From Mobula hypostoma (lineage: Eukaryota): 64,000 bases of DNA. Made by a program: the position numbers and the translations under genes. The stretch covers positions 116,810,001 through 116,874,000 of the forward strand of contig NC_086097.1 of NCBI RefSeq assembly GCF_963921235.1. Direction: 5' to 3'. The notes below the pieces were generated by a model. It had not been told where the DNA came from. It saw only the letters and a list, made by a program, of their open reading frames with translations, and did no database searches. Position 1 is the first letter of the stretch. Every line of letters starts with the position of its first letter. Positions 49,410-61,834 of the stretch are shown in pieces.

Positions 49410-52268
49410 TTATTTATAGATACAGTGGGGTAACAGGTCCTTCCAGCCTAATGAGCCGCACTGCCCAATTACACCCAAGCGACCAATTAGCCTTCTTATC
49501 CATATGTCTTTGAAGTGTGGGAGGAAATTAGAGCACCTAAAGGAAACCCACGCAGTCAATAGACAATAGGTGCAGGAGTAGGCTATTCGGCCCTTCAAGC
49601 CAGCACCACCATTCACTGTGATCATGGCTGATCATCCACAATCAGTATCCAGTTCCTGCCTTATCCGCATAATCTTTGATTCCACTATCTTTAAGAGCTC
49701 TATCCATCTCTTTTTTAAAAGCATCCAGAGACTTGGCCTCCACAGCCTTCTGGGGCAGAGCATTCCATATATCCACCACTCTCTGGGTGAAAAAGTTTTT
49801 CCCCAACTCTGTTCTAAATGGCCTACCCCTAATTCTTAAACTGTGGCCTCTGGTTCTGGACTCACCCATCAGCGGGATCATGCTTTCTGCCTCCAGCATG
49901 TCCAATCCCTTAATAATCTTATATGTTTCAATAAAATCTCCTCTCATCCTTCTAAATTCCAGAGTATACAAGCCCAGGCGCTTCAATCTTCTGACATATG
50001 ACAGTCCCGCCATCCCGGGAATTAACCTTGTGAACCTACGCTGCACTCCCTCAATAGCAAGAATGTCCTTCCTCAAATTTGGAGACCAAAACTGCACACA
50101 GGACTCCAGGTGTGGTCTCCACAGGGCCCTGTACAGTTGCAGAAGGATCTCTTTGCTCCTATACTCAACACCCTTTGTTATGCAGGCCAACGTGTCATTA
50201 GCTTTCTTCATTGCCTGCTGTACTTGCATGCTTGCTTTCAGTGACTGATGTACAGGAACACCTAGATCTCGTTGTGCTTCCCCTTTTCCTAACTTGACTC
50301 CATTTAGATAATAATCTGCCTTCCCGTTCTTACCACCAAAGTGGATAACCTCACATTTATCCACATTAAACTGCATCTGCCATGCATCTGCCCACTCACC
50401 CAACCTGTCCAAGTCACCCTGCATTCTCATAACATCCTCCTCATATTTCACACTGCCACCCAGCTTTGTGTCATCGGCAAATTTGCTAATGTTACTTTTA
50501 ATTCCCTCACCTAAATCATTAATATATATTGTAAACAGCTGCGGTCCCAGCACTGAACCCTGCGGTACCCCACTGGTCACCGCCTGCCATTCCGAAAGGG
50601 ACCCGTTAATCGCTACTCTTTGTTTTCTGTCAGCCAGCCAATTTTCTATCCATGTCAGTACTCTGCCCCAACACCATGTGCCCTAATTTTGCCCACTAAT
50701 CTCCTATGTGATACTTTATCAAAGGCTTTCTGAAAGTTCAGGTACAACACATCCACTGGCTCTCCCTTGTCCATTTTCATAGTTACATCCTCAAAAAATT
50801 CCAGAAGATTAGTCAAGCATGATGTCCCCTTTGTAAATCCATGCTGATTTGGACCAATCCTGTTACTACTATCCAAATGTGTCATAATTTCATCTTTTAT
50901 AATTGACTCCAGCATCTTTCCCACCAATGACGTCAGGCTAACCGGTCTATAATTCCCTGTTTTCTCCTCTCCTCCCTTCTTGAAGAGAGGGACAACATTA
51001 GCCACCCCGCAATCCACAGGAACTGATCCTGAATCTATAGAACATTGGAAAATGATTGCCCATGATTTCTAAAGCCACCTCCTTCAGTACCCTGGGATGC
51101 AGACCATCAGTTCCCAGGGACTTATCAACCTTCAGACCCAACAGTCTATCCAACACCATTTCCTGCCTAATATAAGTTTCCTTCAATTCATCCATTACCC
51201 TAGGTCTTTCGGCCACTATTACATCTGGGAGATTGTTTGTATCTTCCCTAGTGAAGACAGATCCAAAGTACCTATTCAACTCGTCTGCCATTTCCTTGTT
51301 CCCCATAATGAATTCGCTCGCTTCTGTATTCAAGGGCCCAATTTTGGTCCTAACAATTTTTTTCCTTTTCACATACCTAAAGAAGCTTTTACTATCCTTC
51401 TTTATATTCTTGGCTAGTTTGCCTTCGTACCTCATTTTCTCTCCGCGTATTGCCTTTTTAGTTACCTTCTGTTGCTCTTTAAAAGTTTCCCAATCCTCCA
51501 GCTTCCCACTCATCTTTGCTATGTTATACTTCTTCTCTTTTATTTTTATACTGTCCATTACTTCCCTTGTCAGCCACGCCTTCCCCTTATTCTCCTTAGG
51601 ATCTTTCTTCCTCTTTGGAATGAACTAATCCTGCACCTTCTGCATTATTCCCAGAAACACTTGCCATTGCTGTTCCACTGTCATCCCTGCTAGGGTATTG
51701 TTCCATTGAACTTTGGCCAGCTCCTCCCTCATAGCACCATAGTTCCCTTTGTTCATTTGTAATACTGACACTTCCGAGTTTCCCTTCTCCCTCTCAAATT
51801 GTAGATTAAAACCTATCATATTATGGTCATTGCCTCCTCATGGCTCCTTTACCTCGAGGTCCCTGATCAAATCCAGTTCATTGCACAACACTAAATCTAG
51901 AATTGCCTTCTCTCTGGTAGGCTCCAGTACAAGCTGTTCTTAGAATCTATCTTGGAGGGACTCCACAAACTCCCTTTCTTGGGGTCCAGTACCAACCTGA
52001 TTCCTCCAGTCTACCTGCATGTTTAAGTCCCCCATAACAACTGTAGCATTACCTTTGCGAAATGCCAATTTTACCTCTTGATTCAACTTACACCCTACAT
52101 CCAGACTACTGTTTGGGGGCCTGTAGATAACTCCCATTAGTGTCTTTCTATCCTTAGAATTTCTCAGTTCTATCCATACTGACTTTACCTCTCCTGATTC
52201 TATGTCCCCCCTCGCAAGGGACTGAAGTCGTGGAGAGAACATACAAACCCTTTACAGACAATGGTGGT
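49410..52268 (-). mobile_element. V-domain SINE split by a CR1 insertion (49410-49557 and 52226-52268)
   Basis: GGAAACCCACGCAGTC|GTGGAGAGAACATACAAAC rejoin as the reverse V-core; AGTC is present at both junctions. Confidence 0.75.
49558..52225 (-). mobile_element. Relatively young CR1 LINE, 2.7 kb of ORF2 (part of EN + RT) and 3' end
   Basis: ORFs 51940-52242 (GVIYRPP, MGDLN), 50655-51017 (GNYRPVSLTS, QHGF), 49642-50580 (SGVPQGSVLGP, KFADD); few disruptions. Confidence 0.97.
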
Positions 52269-52904
52269 CTAATTTTGGGCCCTTTGTCAAAGGAAGGATA
52301 TGCTGGCTTGGAGAGGAATGATCCCAGAGATAAAAGGGTTAATGTATGAAGAATATTTGATGGCTTTGGGCCTATTCTCACTGGAGTTTAGAAGGATGAG
52401 AGGTATCTCATTGAAATCTACCAAATATTGAAAGGCCGAGATGGAATGGATGTGGAAGTATGTTTCCAGCAGTATGAGAGTCTAGAACCAGAGGACACAA
52501 CTTTAGAACAGTAGCATTTCTCTTTAGAACAGAGATGAGGAGGAATTTCTTTAGCTAGAGTGTAGTAAAACAGTGGAATTTATTGTCACAGCTGGCTGTG
52601 GAGGCCAGGTCATTGGGTATATTTAAACTGGAGGCTGATACATTCTGGATTGGTAAGAGTGTCAGAAGTTACGAGGAGAAGGCCGAAGAATGGGGGTGAG
52701 AAGGATGATCGAATGACCCAGCAGACCCAAAAGGCCGAACTCTGCACCTCTGTCTTTTGGTCTTTTCGTTATTTTAATCATTGAAACAAGGGACACAATA
52801 TCTTGAGCTAAGGGGGTAAATACATGTTGAATCTAGCTGCTCAGTTAATCCCTAGCCTTTCCTTTTGCAATTCCTAAGTTAATAAGGTTACTGACAGTTA
52901 TCAA

Positions 52905-54480
52905 GGGAAGTTTGCTGTGCATCAAGTTGGATAAGTCACCGGATGGGATGGGACTGGATGGGATGTACCCTAGGCTACTGCGGGAGCCAAGGGAGGACAT
53001 TGCTGAGCCTCTGGCAAAGATCTTTGCATTCTCAATGGGGACGGGAGAGGTTCTGGAGGATTGGAGGGTTCCAGATTTTGTTCCATTATTCAAGAAAAGG
53101 AGTAGGCATAGCCCAGGAAATTATAGGCCAGTGAGTTTTACTTCAGTGGTTGGTAAGTTGATGGAGAAGATCCTGAGAGGCAGGATTTATGGAACATTTA
53201 GAGAGGCATATTATGATTAGGTATAGTCAGCATGGCTTTGTCAAAGGTAGGTCATGCCTTACGAAACTGATCAAATTTTTTGAGGATGTGACTAAACACA
53301 TCGATGAAGGTAGAGCAGTAGATGTAGTGTATATGGATTTTAGCAAGGCATTTGACAAGGTACCCCATGCAAAGCTTATTGAGAAAGTAAGGAGTCATGG
53401 GATCCAAGGGGACATTGCTTTGTGGATCCAGAACTGGCTTGCCCACAGAAGGCAAAGAGTGGTTGTAGATGGGTCATATTCTGCATGGAGGTCGGTAACC
53501 AGTGGTGTACCTCAGGGATCTGTTCTGGGACCACTACACTTCATGATTTTTATACATAACCTGGATGAGGAAGTGGAGAGATGGGTTAGTAAACTTGCTG
53601 ATGAAACAAAGGTTGGGGGTGTTATGGATAGTGTGGAGGGCTGTTAGAGCTCACAGAGGGACGTTGATAGGATGCAAAACTTGGCTAAGACGTAGCAGAT
53701 GGAGTTCAACCCAGAAAAGTGTGAAGTGGTTCACTTTGGTAGGTCAAATATGATGATAGAATATAGTATTAATGGTAAGACTCTTGGCAGTGTGGAGGGT
53801 CAGAAGGATCTTGGGGTCCAAGTCCATAGGACACTCAAAGCTGCTGCACAGGTTGACTCTGTGGTTAAGAAGGCGCACGGTGCATTGGCCTTCATCAATC
53901 GTGAGATTGAGTTTAGGAGCCGAGAGGTAATGTTGCAGAAATATAGGACCCTGGTCAGTTGGAGTACTGGTGCTCAATTCTGGTCACCTCACTGCAGGAA
54001 AAATGTGGAAACCATAAAATGGGTGCAGAGGAGATTACAAGGATGTTGCCTGGATTGGGGAGCATGCTTTATAAGAATAGTTTGAATGAACTCAGCCTTT
54101 TCACCTTGGAGTGAAGGAGAATGAGATGCCTCCTGATAGAGGTGTATAAGATAATGAGAGGCATCGATCGTGTGGATAGTCGGAGGCTTTTTCTTAGGGC
54201 TGAAATGGCTAACACGAGAGGCACAGTTTTAAGGTGCTTGGAAAAAGGTACAGAGGAGATGTCAGGGGCAAGTTTTTTATGCAGAGAATGGTGAGTGCGT
54301 GGAATGGGCTGCCGGCGATGGTGGTGGAGGCGGATACAATATGGTCTTTTAAGAGACTCATGGAGCTTAGAAAAACTATGGGCAACCCTAGGTCATTTCT
54401 AAGGTAAAGAAATGTTTGGCACAGCTTTGTGGGCCAAAGGGTCTGTATTGTGCTGTAGGTTTTCTATATTTCTATGTTTT
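52905..54480 (+). mobile_element. CR1 LINE RT region and 3' end
   Basis: ORFs 52912-53220, 53189-53647 (YMDFSKAFDKVPH, SGVPQGSVLGP) and 53699-54085; (TTTCTATR)n tail. Confidence 0.96.
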
Positions 54481-54835
54481 TTTGATTCTGTTTATTTCTC
54501 TGTAAATTTGTATTTTAATCCTTTGGCAGTCATATAACCTGTTTGAAATAAATTTAGCAATTTCATTTCTCAAAGGAATTTTTAATTTTTGATCATGATT
54601 AATGATCGTGAAATTGAGGCCCCATAATTATAGGAAACGACATGGCTGCCAGAAGTTCACATGGCTGAACTGCTCACATGTGTAAGTGCAGGCATTGATA
54701 ATTGGTTTATCATTGTCACATGTACTGAGATACAGATAATCTTCTGCTTGTGTGCCATGTGGACAAATCTTTCCATTAATCATAAGTACAAAGAAGCAAC
54801 ATGAAAGGAAAATTATAATACAAAATGTCACGCAA

Positions 54836-55160
54836 CACACACAAAATACTGGAGGAACTCAGCAGGTCAGGCAGCATCTGCGGAAATGAATAAGTAGTCA
54901 ACATTTCGGGCCAAGACCCTTCTTCAGGGCTGAGACAAGAAGGAAGGGGAAGAGGCCTGAATAAAAAGGTGGGTTGAAGGGATGGAGGCTAGCAGGAAGG
55001 TGATGGGTAAAGCCTGGTGGGTTGGAAAGGTCAAGGGCTGGAGAAGAAGGAATCTGATAGGAGAAGGAAGAGAACTATGGGAGAAAGGGAAGGAGGAGGG
55101 GACCCAGGGGAAAGTAATAGGTAGGTGAGGAGAGGTGAAAGGTCAGTGGAGAATACAGTA
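54836..55160 (-). mobile_element. Penelope-like pLTR fragment with decayed hammerhead motif (54896-54931)
   Basis: Reverse reads AGCC CTGAAGA AGGGTCTTGGCCC GAAA TG TT GACT. Confidence 0.8.
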
Positions 55161-55284
55161 GACAAATAAAATTCATTAACTATGTTAAGGATAACTGAGA
55201 GATTGACTTCATCTTTATCGCTTATGGTTCAATACACTTGTAACAGCAAGACAGAAGCTATCCTAGAACTTGATGGCACACGTT

Positions 55285-55805
55285 AGAACACAGCACACTA
55301 CACCACAGTACAGGCCCTTCAGCCCACCATGAAGCACTGACCTTTCAACTTACTCTCAGATCAGTCTAACCCTTCCCTCCTACATAGACCTCTATTTTTT
55401 TCTATTATCCATGTGCCTATCTGAGAATTTCTTAAATGTCTCTAATGTATCTACATCTACCACCATCCCTGGCCAGCTGCTCCTCACACCCACTACTCTC
55501 TGAGTAAAAAACTCACCTCTGGCATCCCCTCTGTACTTCTCCCCAATCACCTAAAAATTATGGCCCCTGGTATTTTCCATTTCTGTTTTGTTCCACTTGA
55601 ACTTTGCCTCTTATCATTTAGTACACCTCTATCAAGTCACATCTAATCCTCTTTCATTCCAAAGAACAAAGCCCTAGCTTTCTCAACCTATCCTCGTAAG
55701 GCATACTTTCTAATTCAGGCAACATTGTGGTTAACCTCCTCTGCACCTTCTCTAAAGCTTTTACTTCCTTCCTACAATGAAGTGACCAGAACTGAACACA
55801 AGTTC
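55285..55805 (-). mobile_element. CR1 LINE 3' end
   Basis: Homologous to 5570-6110. Confidence 0.85.
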
Positions 55806-56014
55806 TCAAGCTTTACTATCTTCTACCAAATGGAAGTGTGGTGTAGACAAAATGACCAGGTGGGAGTGGTCCTTGGTTATGTAGCTGCATTCCCAAGGCA
55901 GAGGAAGGCATGTACAGAGTCAATGGAAGGGAAGCTGTTTTCATGATTGATTTAGTTGTGTTCATAATTCTCTGCAATTTCTTGTAGCTTTGGTAGAGCA
56001 GTTGCTGTACCAAG

Positions 56015-56205
56015 CTATGATGATCTGGACAAGGTGTTTTCGATGATGATCTGGACAAGGTGCTTTCTATGGTGATCTGAACAAGGTGCTTTCTATGATG
56101 ACCTGGACAAGGTGCTTTCTATGATGATATGGACAAGGTGCTTTCAGTGATGACCTGGACAAGGTGCTTTCTATGATGATCTGGACAAGGTGCTTTCTAT
56201 GGTGC
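56015..56205. repeat. 26-bp minisatellite, 7 units
   Basis: Unit CTATGATGATCTGGACAAGGTGCTTT. Confidence 0.95.
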
Positions 56206-57275
56206 ATCGGTAAAAACTAGTGAGGGTCATTATAGCCAGATTTCTTTTTCACTTTCTTAGGAAGTAAATGTGCTGGTATGCTTTCTTGGGCATAACATCT
56301 AAGTGATTGAATCAGAGGAAATTGTTGGAGCTCTCAATATCTCCACCTCAAACCTATTGATACAGATAGGAGAACACACTCTGAAGTACTGAAGTCATTG
56401 AACAGCTCCTTTGTTTTCCTGACATTGAAGTGTGTTTGTTGTCTTCACACCAGGCCTGTACACTCTCTATCAACTCTTATACTCCATCTCATCATTGTCT
56501 TAGATTTGGCCCTGTACGGTTGTGGCATCGGCAAATCCATAGAGGGAGAGCAGAATGTGGCCACAGTGAGATGAGTGTATAGGGTGCAGAGTGAGAGACT
56601 GAGGACACAGCCTTGTGGGGTACTGTTGTTGAGGATATTCGTGGAGAAGGTATTGCTGCTTTTCTTTCCTGATTGTCCTCTGTTGCTTAGTAAGTCAAAG
56701 TCCTAGGACAAGGAGTTTGGAGATGAGTTGGTTTGAAATTGAAGGTGGAGCTAAAGTCAATAAATAGGAGTCAGATGTGGGTGTCTTTGTTATCCTGGTA
56801 TTCATGAATGTAGGTCCAAGAAGCTGATGTCCTCCCTGGACCTGTTTTGGCGGAAGGTGAGTTATGTGGGTCAAGGTTGTTTCGGATGCTAGAGTTGCTG
56901 TCTGCCATTTCCAAACTTTCAAAGTGCTTTATAATGATGGATGTCTAAACCACTATGCGGTAGTCATTAAGGCATGTTATCTTATTTTATTTTAGCACCA
57001 AGATGTTCCTGATTTTCTTAAAGCAGGTGGGAATTTCAGATTAGAGTAGGGAGGTGTTATAGAGGTCCCAAAAACTCCCGAGAGCTGACTCACACTTAAT
57101 CCAAGGACATGGCTGGGGATTCCATCAGGGCCAGTCGCTTTCACTGGGTTCAGTCTCAATATAACTGATCTGACGTCTGTGATGGGGACGGTGGGTACAG
57201 GTGCATCGGAAGCTCTTGGAGTGGGTGGTGTCATATCACTGACCTTCTGTTCAAAATGGCCATCGAATACATTTA

Positions 57276-57372
57276 ACCAACATACATCAAAGTTGCTGGT
57301 GAACGCAGCAGGCCAAGCAGCATCTATAGGAAGAGGCGCAGTCGACGTTTCAGGCCGAGACCCTTCGTCAGG
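57276..57372 (-). mobile_element. 97-bp Penelope-like insertion (hammerhead core + 3' tail only)
   Basis: Matches 61738-61831; flanked by ATACATTTA at 57267-75 and 57373-81. Confidence 0.88.
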
Positions 57373-57588
57373 ATACATTTAGTTCATTGGGAAGGGATGC
57401 ATTCTTGTCAGTGATACTGCCTGAATTCATTTTGACATCTGTTATAGCATGCAAGCCTGTCACAACTGATGGTTGGACTGAGACTCTAGTTTAGTCTGGT
57501 ATTGTCCCTTGGAATTCCTGATAGCATTACAAAGTTCACTGCTAGATTTCCTGTATAGATGAGGAAATAGGATCATAACCAGACATGG

Positions 57589-58220
57589 AACACACATAAA
57601 AGTTGCTGGTGAACGCAGCAGGCCAGGCAGCATCTCTAGGAAGAAGTACAGTCGACGTTTCGGGCTGAGACCCTTCATCAGGACTAACTGAAAGAAGAGA
57701 TAGTAAGAGATTTGAAAGTGGGAGGGGGAGGGGGAGATCCGAAATGATAAGAGAAGACAGGACGGGGAGGGATGGAGCTAAGTTGATTGGCAAAAGGGAT
57801 ATGAGAGGATCATGGGACAGGAGGCCCAGGGAGAAAGAAAAGGGGGAGGGGGGAAGGCCAGAGGATGGGCAAGGGGTATAGTGAGAGGAACAGAGGGAGA
57901 AAAAGGAGAGAAAGAAAAAGAATGTGTGTATATAAATAAATAAATAACGGATGGGGTACGAGGGGGAGGTGGGGCATTGACGGAAGTTTGAGAAGTCAAC
58001 GTTCATGCCATCAGGTTGGAGGCTACCCAGAAGGAATATAAAGTGTTGTTCCTCCAACCTGAGTGTGGCTTCATCTTTACAGTAGAGGAGGCTGTGGATA
58101 GACATATCAGAATGGGAATGGGACATGAAATTAAAATGTGTGGCCACTGGGAGATCCTGCTTTCTCTGGCAGACAGAGCGTAGGTGTTCAGCGAAACGAT
58201 TTCCCAGTCTGCGTCGGGTC
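57589..58220 (-). mobile_element. Penelope-like 3' fragment (GIY-YIG end + pLTR)
   Basis: ORF 57542-58255 TRRRLG.RFAEHLRSV...QPDGMN.DFSNF. Confidence 0.95.
57650..57685 (-). ncRNA. Minimal type-I hammerhead ribozyme motif, intact core
   Basis: Reverse reads AGTC CTGATGA A GGGT CTCA GCCC GAAA CG TC|GACT. Confidence 0.85.
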
Positions 58221-61200
58221 ACTTTGGTAGGGAGTGGACCTCTTGGTTCATCCATGGTTTCTAGTAGGGGACACCCAGATTGACATCTTCATTACCCAGT
58301 CCTCAATGCACCTGTTGAAGAAGTATTGTATACGACGGCAGTGGCATACTCATATAGATTGGCCACAGCATCTTTGAAAGGACCAACTGGAAGAAAACTG
58401 TATTCTACATGACCCAGCCAATTCGGTACTAAATAGGGTTAATCTTCATGATTTTCAGTTTCATTGATTTGTGACATTAATTTAAAAAAAAGAGCTGGAA
58501 ATTACATTTCAGATAGAAATGTGTGTTAAAATAATGCTGAAGAGTAAATCTGGACCAGCTTCTAACAGGTCTGCAGGATATAGACTAGAAGGGGGATAAT
58601 TTTCACTTGATACACAGGGCCTGATTCCCAGGCCTTTAACACTGTGTACATACATCTATTGATGCTTCTGGACACATCTTCAGTGATGTTTCTGGAATCA
58701 TCGGGTGTTTCGGGTCTTTCAACATCATACAACCTCCTCCAGGTAACCCAGCCGGGGCTGATCAGACCCCAGCTTGTGTCCAGATGGCTAGCTACTTATG
58801 ACTCCATGGCTCCCCTCCTTTGAGCCACAGCCATCTTGAGGCCCTCTCTGCCACATCGGTGGTACTGCGGATGGCTCTCCTCTTCCTCTCTCCCTTGATG
58901 CCCAAAATGCTGAAGGCTCTAACTAAAGAACGGGCTATGAATCCCCTACATCAACCTCCACTGGGAGACATCTCGCTCTCCATCCAGCCTGCTGACAGTT
59001 GCTGACCAGTCCTGCATACTTGGAGAGCTTCCTTTCAAAGGCCTCTTCCAAGCTATCTTCCCATGGGTCTGTCAGCTCCAGCAGCACCACTTGCTTAGTA
59101 GACTCAGACACTAGGACAATGGCTGGTCGCATGGTGGTGGCTGCGATATGGTTGGGGAACTTCAGCTGCCCTTCGAGGTCCACCAACAGCTGCCAGTCCC
59201 TTGCAGAGGTCAGAATGCCTGCAGATGTTCTTTTGGCAGGTATTGGCTGCTCCCCAGTTCTGACAAAGGCAATGGTCTGCTTGGAGGGTCAGGACCGCTT
59301 CGCCCACTCAACTCCTGCACTGACGGCTTCAGCGATGGTCTTCAGGACCTGATCATGCCTCCACCTGTACTGTCCCTCACCAAGTGCCCTTGCACAGCCA
59401 CTGAGGATGTGCTCCAGGGTTCCTCGCTTGGAGCACAGTGGGCACGCAGATGACTCTGCCTTGCCCCATGTATGCAGGTTTGATGGGCTTGGAAGCACAT
59501 CGTACACTGCCTGGATGAGAAATTGGATGCAGTGTGGCTCAGCTTTCCAAAGATCAGCCCAGGTCACTTTCCTCTCAACCGCATTCTCCCATCTTGTCCA
59601 AGCTCCCTGTTGCTTCATTCTCACTGCCTTGCAGGCTCTTATCTCCTCTACTACTGCTTTCACCTCCTCCTGTACTAGACAACGCCTTTCCTTCCCTCTG
59701 GTGTCCATTTGGGGAGTTGGAAAGGATCCTAGCCCAGCTCGGCCTAGTGTGACCACTCCCACCAGCCTCCTGTGACACAGCCTCGCCTCTGCCTTCTGAA
59801 CAGCTTCCTCTGCCTTCCACTTCCTGCCAGTACTTACTTGGATCCCTGCTCTAGCCACCTTCGGGTCACTTGAGTCCCTGTACTGTAGCACTTCTCTGGC
59901 TCTTGTTACCTTGAATTCCTCCTCCAAGGATTTGAAGGGCAGTTGCAGTTTGTTGTGGTGTCCATAGAGTGCGATGCTGCTCAGGCTCTTTGGCAGCCCC
60001 AGCCATCTCCTGAGGTGGTTGCTAACCCTCCTCTCTAAGGTTTCGACTGTCGAGATCGGAACTGCATAGACGAGGAGGGGCTACAGGATTCCGGGAAGAA
60101 TGTCATGCTGATATACCCAGGCTTTAAACTTCCCAGGTAGGCCAGACTTGTACACAGATTTCAGCCAGCCATCCAATTCGGTGCAGGTTGCCTGAATGGA
60201 TGTTGTGTCCCTTAAAGAGCTGTCAAAAACTTTGTCTAAGCTCTTGACTGGCTTTTCTGTGATGGTTGGGATGGCTGTGCCTGCGATGCTGAACCGGAAC
60301 TTGAACTCCACCTTCCCTTTCCTCAGCACCATCGATCTTGATTTGGCAGGTTTGAAACGCATCTGGGCCCACTCCACCAGCTTTTCGAGCCCTTGCAGAA
60401 TCCTCCGGCAGCCTGGGACTGATTCTGTGGTGACTGTGAGGTCATCCATGAATGCCCTGATAGGTGGTTGCCGTTGAGCGGAATTCATTCTGGGCCCTCT
60501 GCACTCTGGTTCAGCAGACTTAGTGAGCATGTTCATGGCTAGAGAGAACAATGTCACTGAGATACTGCACCCTGTGATGATGCCGACCTCCACCTTGTGC
60601 CAGGTTGATGTAATTGCTCCTGAAGAGACCCTCATCCTGAAGTTGCTGTAATAATCAGCGATAACTTCTCTGATTCTGCTGGGGACGTGATATTTGGTCA
60701 GTGTGAGCTGCACCAGCTTGTGCGGAATGGAGCCATATGCATTTGCCAGGTGGAGCCACAACACTGACAGGTTGCCCTTGTTCTCTCTGGCCTCCCTGAT
60801 GAGCTGTGTCACCATATCAATGTGCTCCAGACAGCCCGGCATCCCTGAAATGCCACCCTTCTGGACTGATGTATCAATATAGGTGTTCTTTGCTAGGTAG
60901 GTGCACAACCGGTTGGAAACTGCACTGAAGAAGATCTTCGCCTCGACACCCAGCAGGGAGATGATGTGAAACTGATCTATCTGGGTGGCATTTTCCTCCT
61001 TCTGGATCCACACCCCTTCAGCCACTCTCCACCGTTCTGGGATCTTCCCCCTTCTCCAGAAGATTCTCAGGACCTTCCACAGACGCAGCAGGAGTTTGGG
61101 GCAGTTCTTGTACACTTTGTACGAGGTGTTGCTTGGTCCTGGAGCTGAGCTTGCCCTTGCTTTGCGGACGACCTCTCTGACTTCCTTTAGCTGCAGCTCT

Positions 61201-61798
61201 GACATGTCGAACTGCACATCCGGTTCAGGTGGGTCTATTAGGATGTCGCACTCTCCCAACTCCTGCTCTCTTTCAGGATCATTATATATCTTCTTCAGAT
61301 GTTGGTCTATGTCTTCCTGCGAACAGGCCAGTTTCCCACTGCGTTTCTCCCCTAGCAACTCCTTGGTGAACTTGAAGGGGTTGGCGATAAAGGCAGCACG
61401 TTTTCGAGCCCTTTCATGCTGCCGCCTCCGATGCCACTCTGCCCGGCGGAGGACCCTGATCTTCTTTCGTAGTATGCACATCAGCTGGGCCAAGCCAATG
61501 CGCTCCTCTTCTCCTGCCTCCTTGTATTGGGAATTCAGCGCTTTCATCTCCTGCCTGATGTTGTGGATCCTCGATGCTCTTTGGTTCTTCGAGTAAGATG
61601 TTTTGGAGCCTTCCTTCTCCTCTTCTCCGAACGGTTCAGCTGCGATACTGACAATAATTGTTCTCATGGCTTGCAGCTTCCTATTAACCCCTCCCTTTGC
61701 CGTTGCCTCCAGAATTTGGTTAACATCGTCATCAAGCAACACACATAAAAGTTGCTGGTGAACGCAGCAGGCCAAGCAGCATCTATAGGAAGAGGTGC

Positions 61799-61834
61799 AG
61801 TCGACGTTTCAGGCCGAGACCCTTCGTCAGGACT
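61799..61834 (-). ncRNA. Minimal type-I hammerhead ribozyme motif, intact core
   Basis: Reverse reads AGTC CTGACGA AGGGTCTCGGCCT GAAA CG TC|GACT. Confidence 0.85.

Larger units (their letters stand above)
37150..52765 (+). mobile_element. Decayed CR1 ORF2 hosting a nest; segments about 37150-37617, 45950-47714, 49305-49387, 52272-52765
   Basis: Segments are colinear with the reverse complement of the younger CR1 at 49558-52225 and rejoin at each insertion edge. Confidence 0.85.
55810..58395 (-). mobile_element. Decayed Rex1/Babar ORF interrupted by a minisatellite and two Penelope insertions
   Basis: FKDAVANLYEYAT, KPWMNQEV (about 58240), KATGPDGIP (about 57130), KLQRIMNT (about 55970). Confidence 0.85.

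Noticed and set aside
49676..50248. Long antisense ORFs over TE coding regions (also 60985-61596, 12565-13050, 41783-42355)
   Set aside because: Shadow or alternate frames of CR1, Hero, Rex1 and Penelope ORFs with no independent motifs.
56015..56205. Repeated ATGATGA resembling snoRNA C boxes
   Set aside because: No consistent D box or terminal stem; the unit derives from Rex1 sequence.
58310..58395. Exon-like minus-strand segment GPFKDAVANLYEYATAVV with an AG/GT frame
   Set aside because: It is the Rex1/Babar region upstream of the KPWMNQEV motif, not a host exon.
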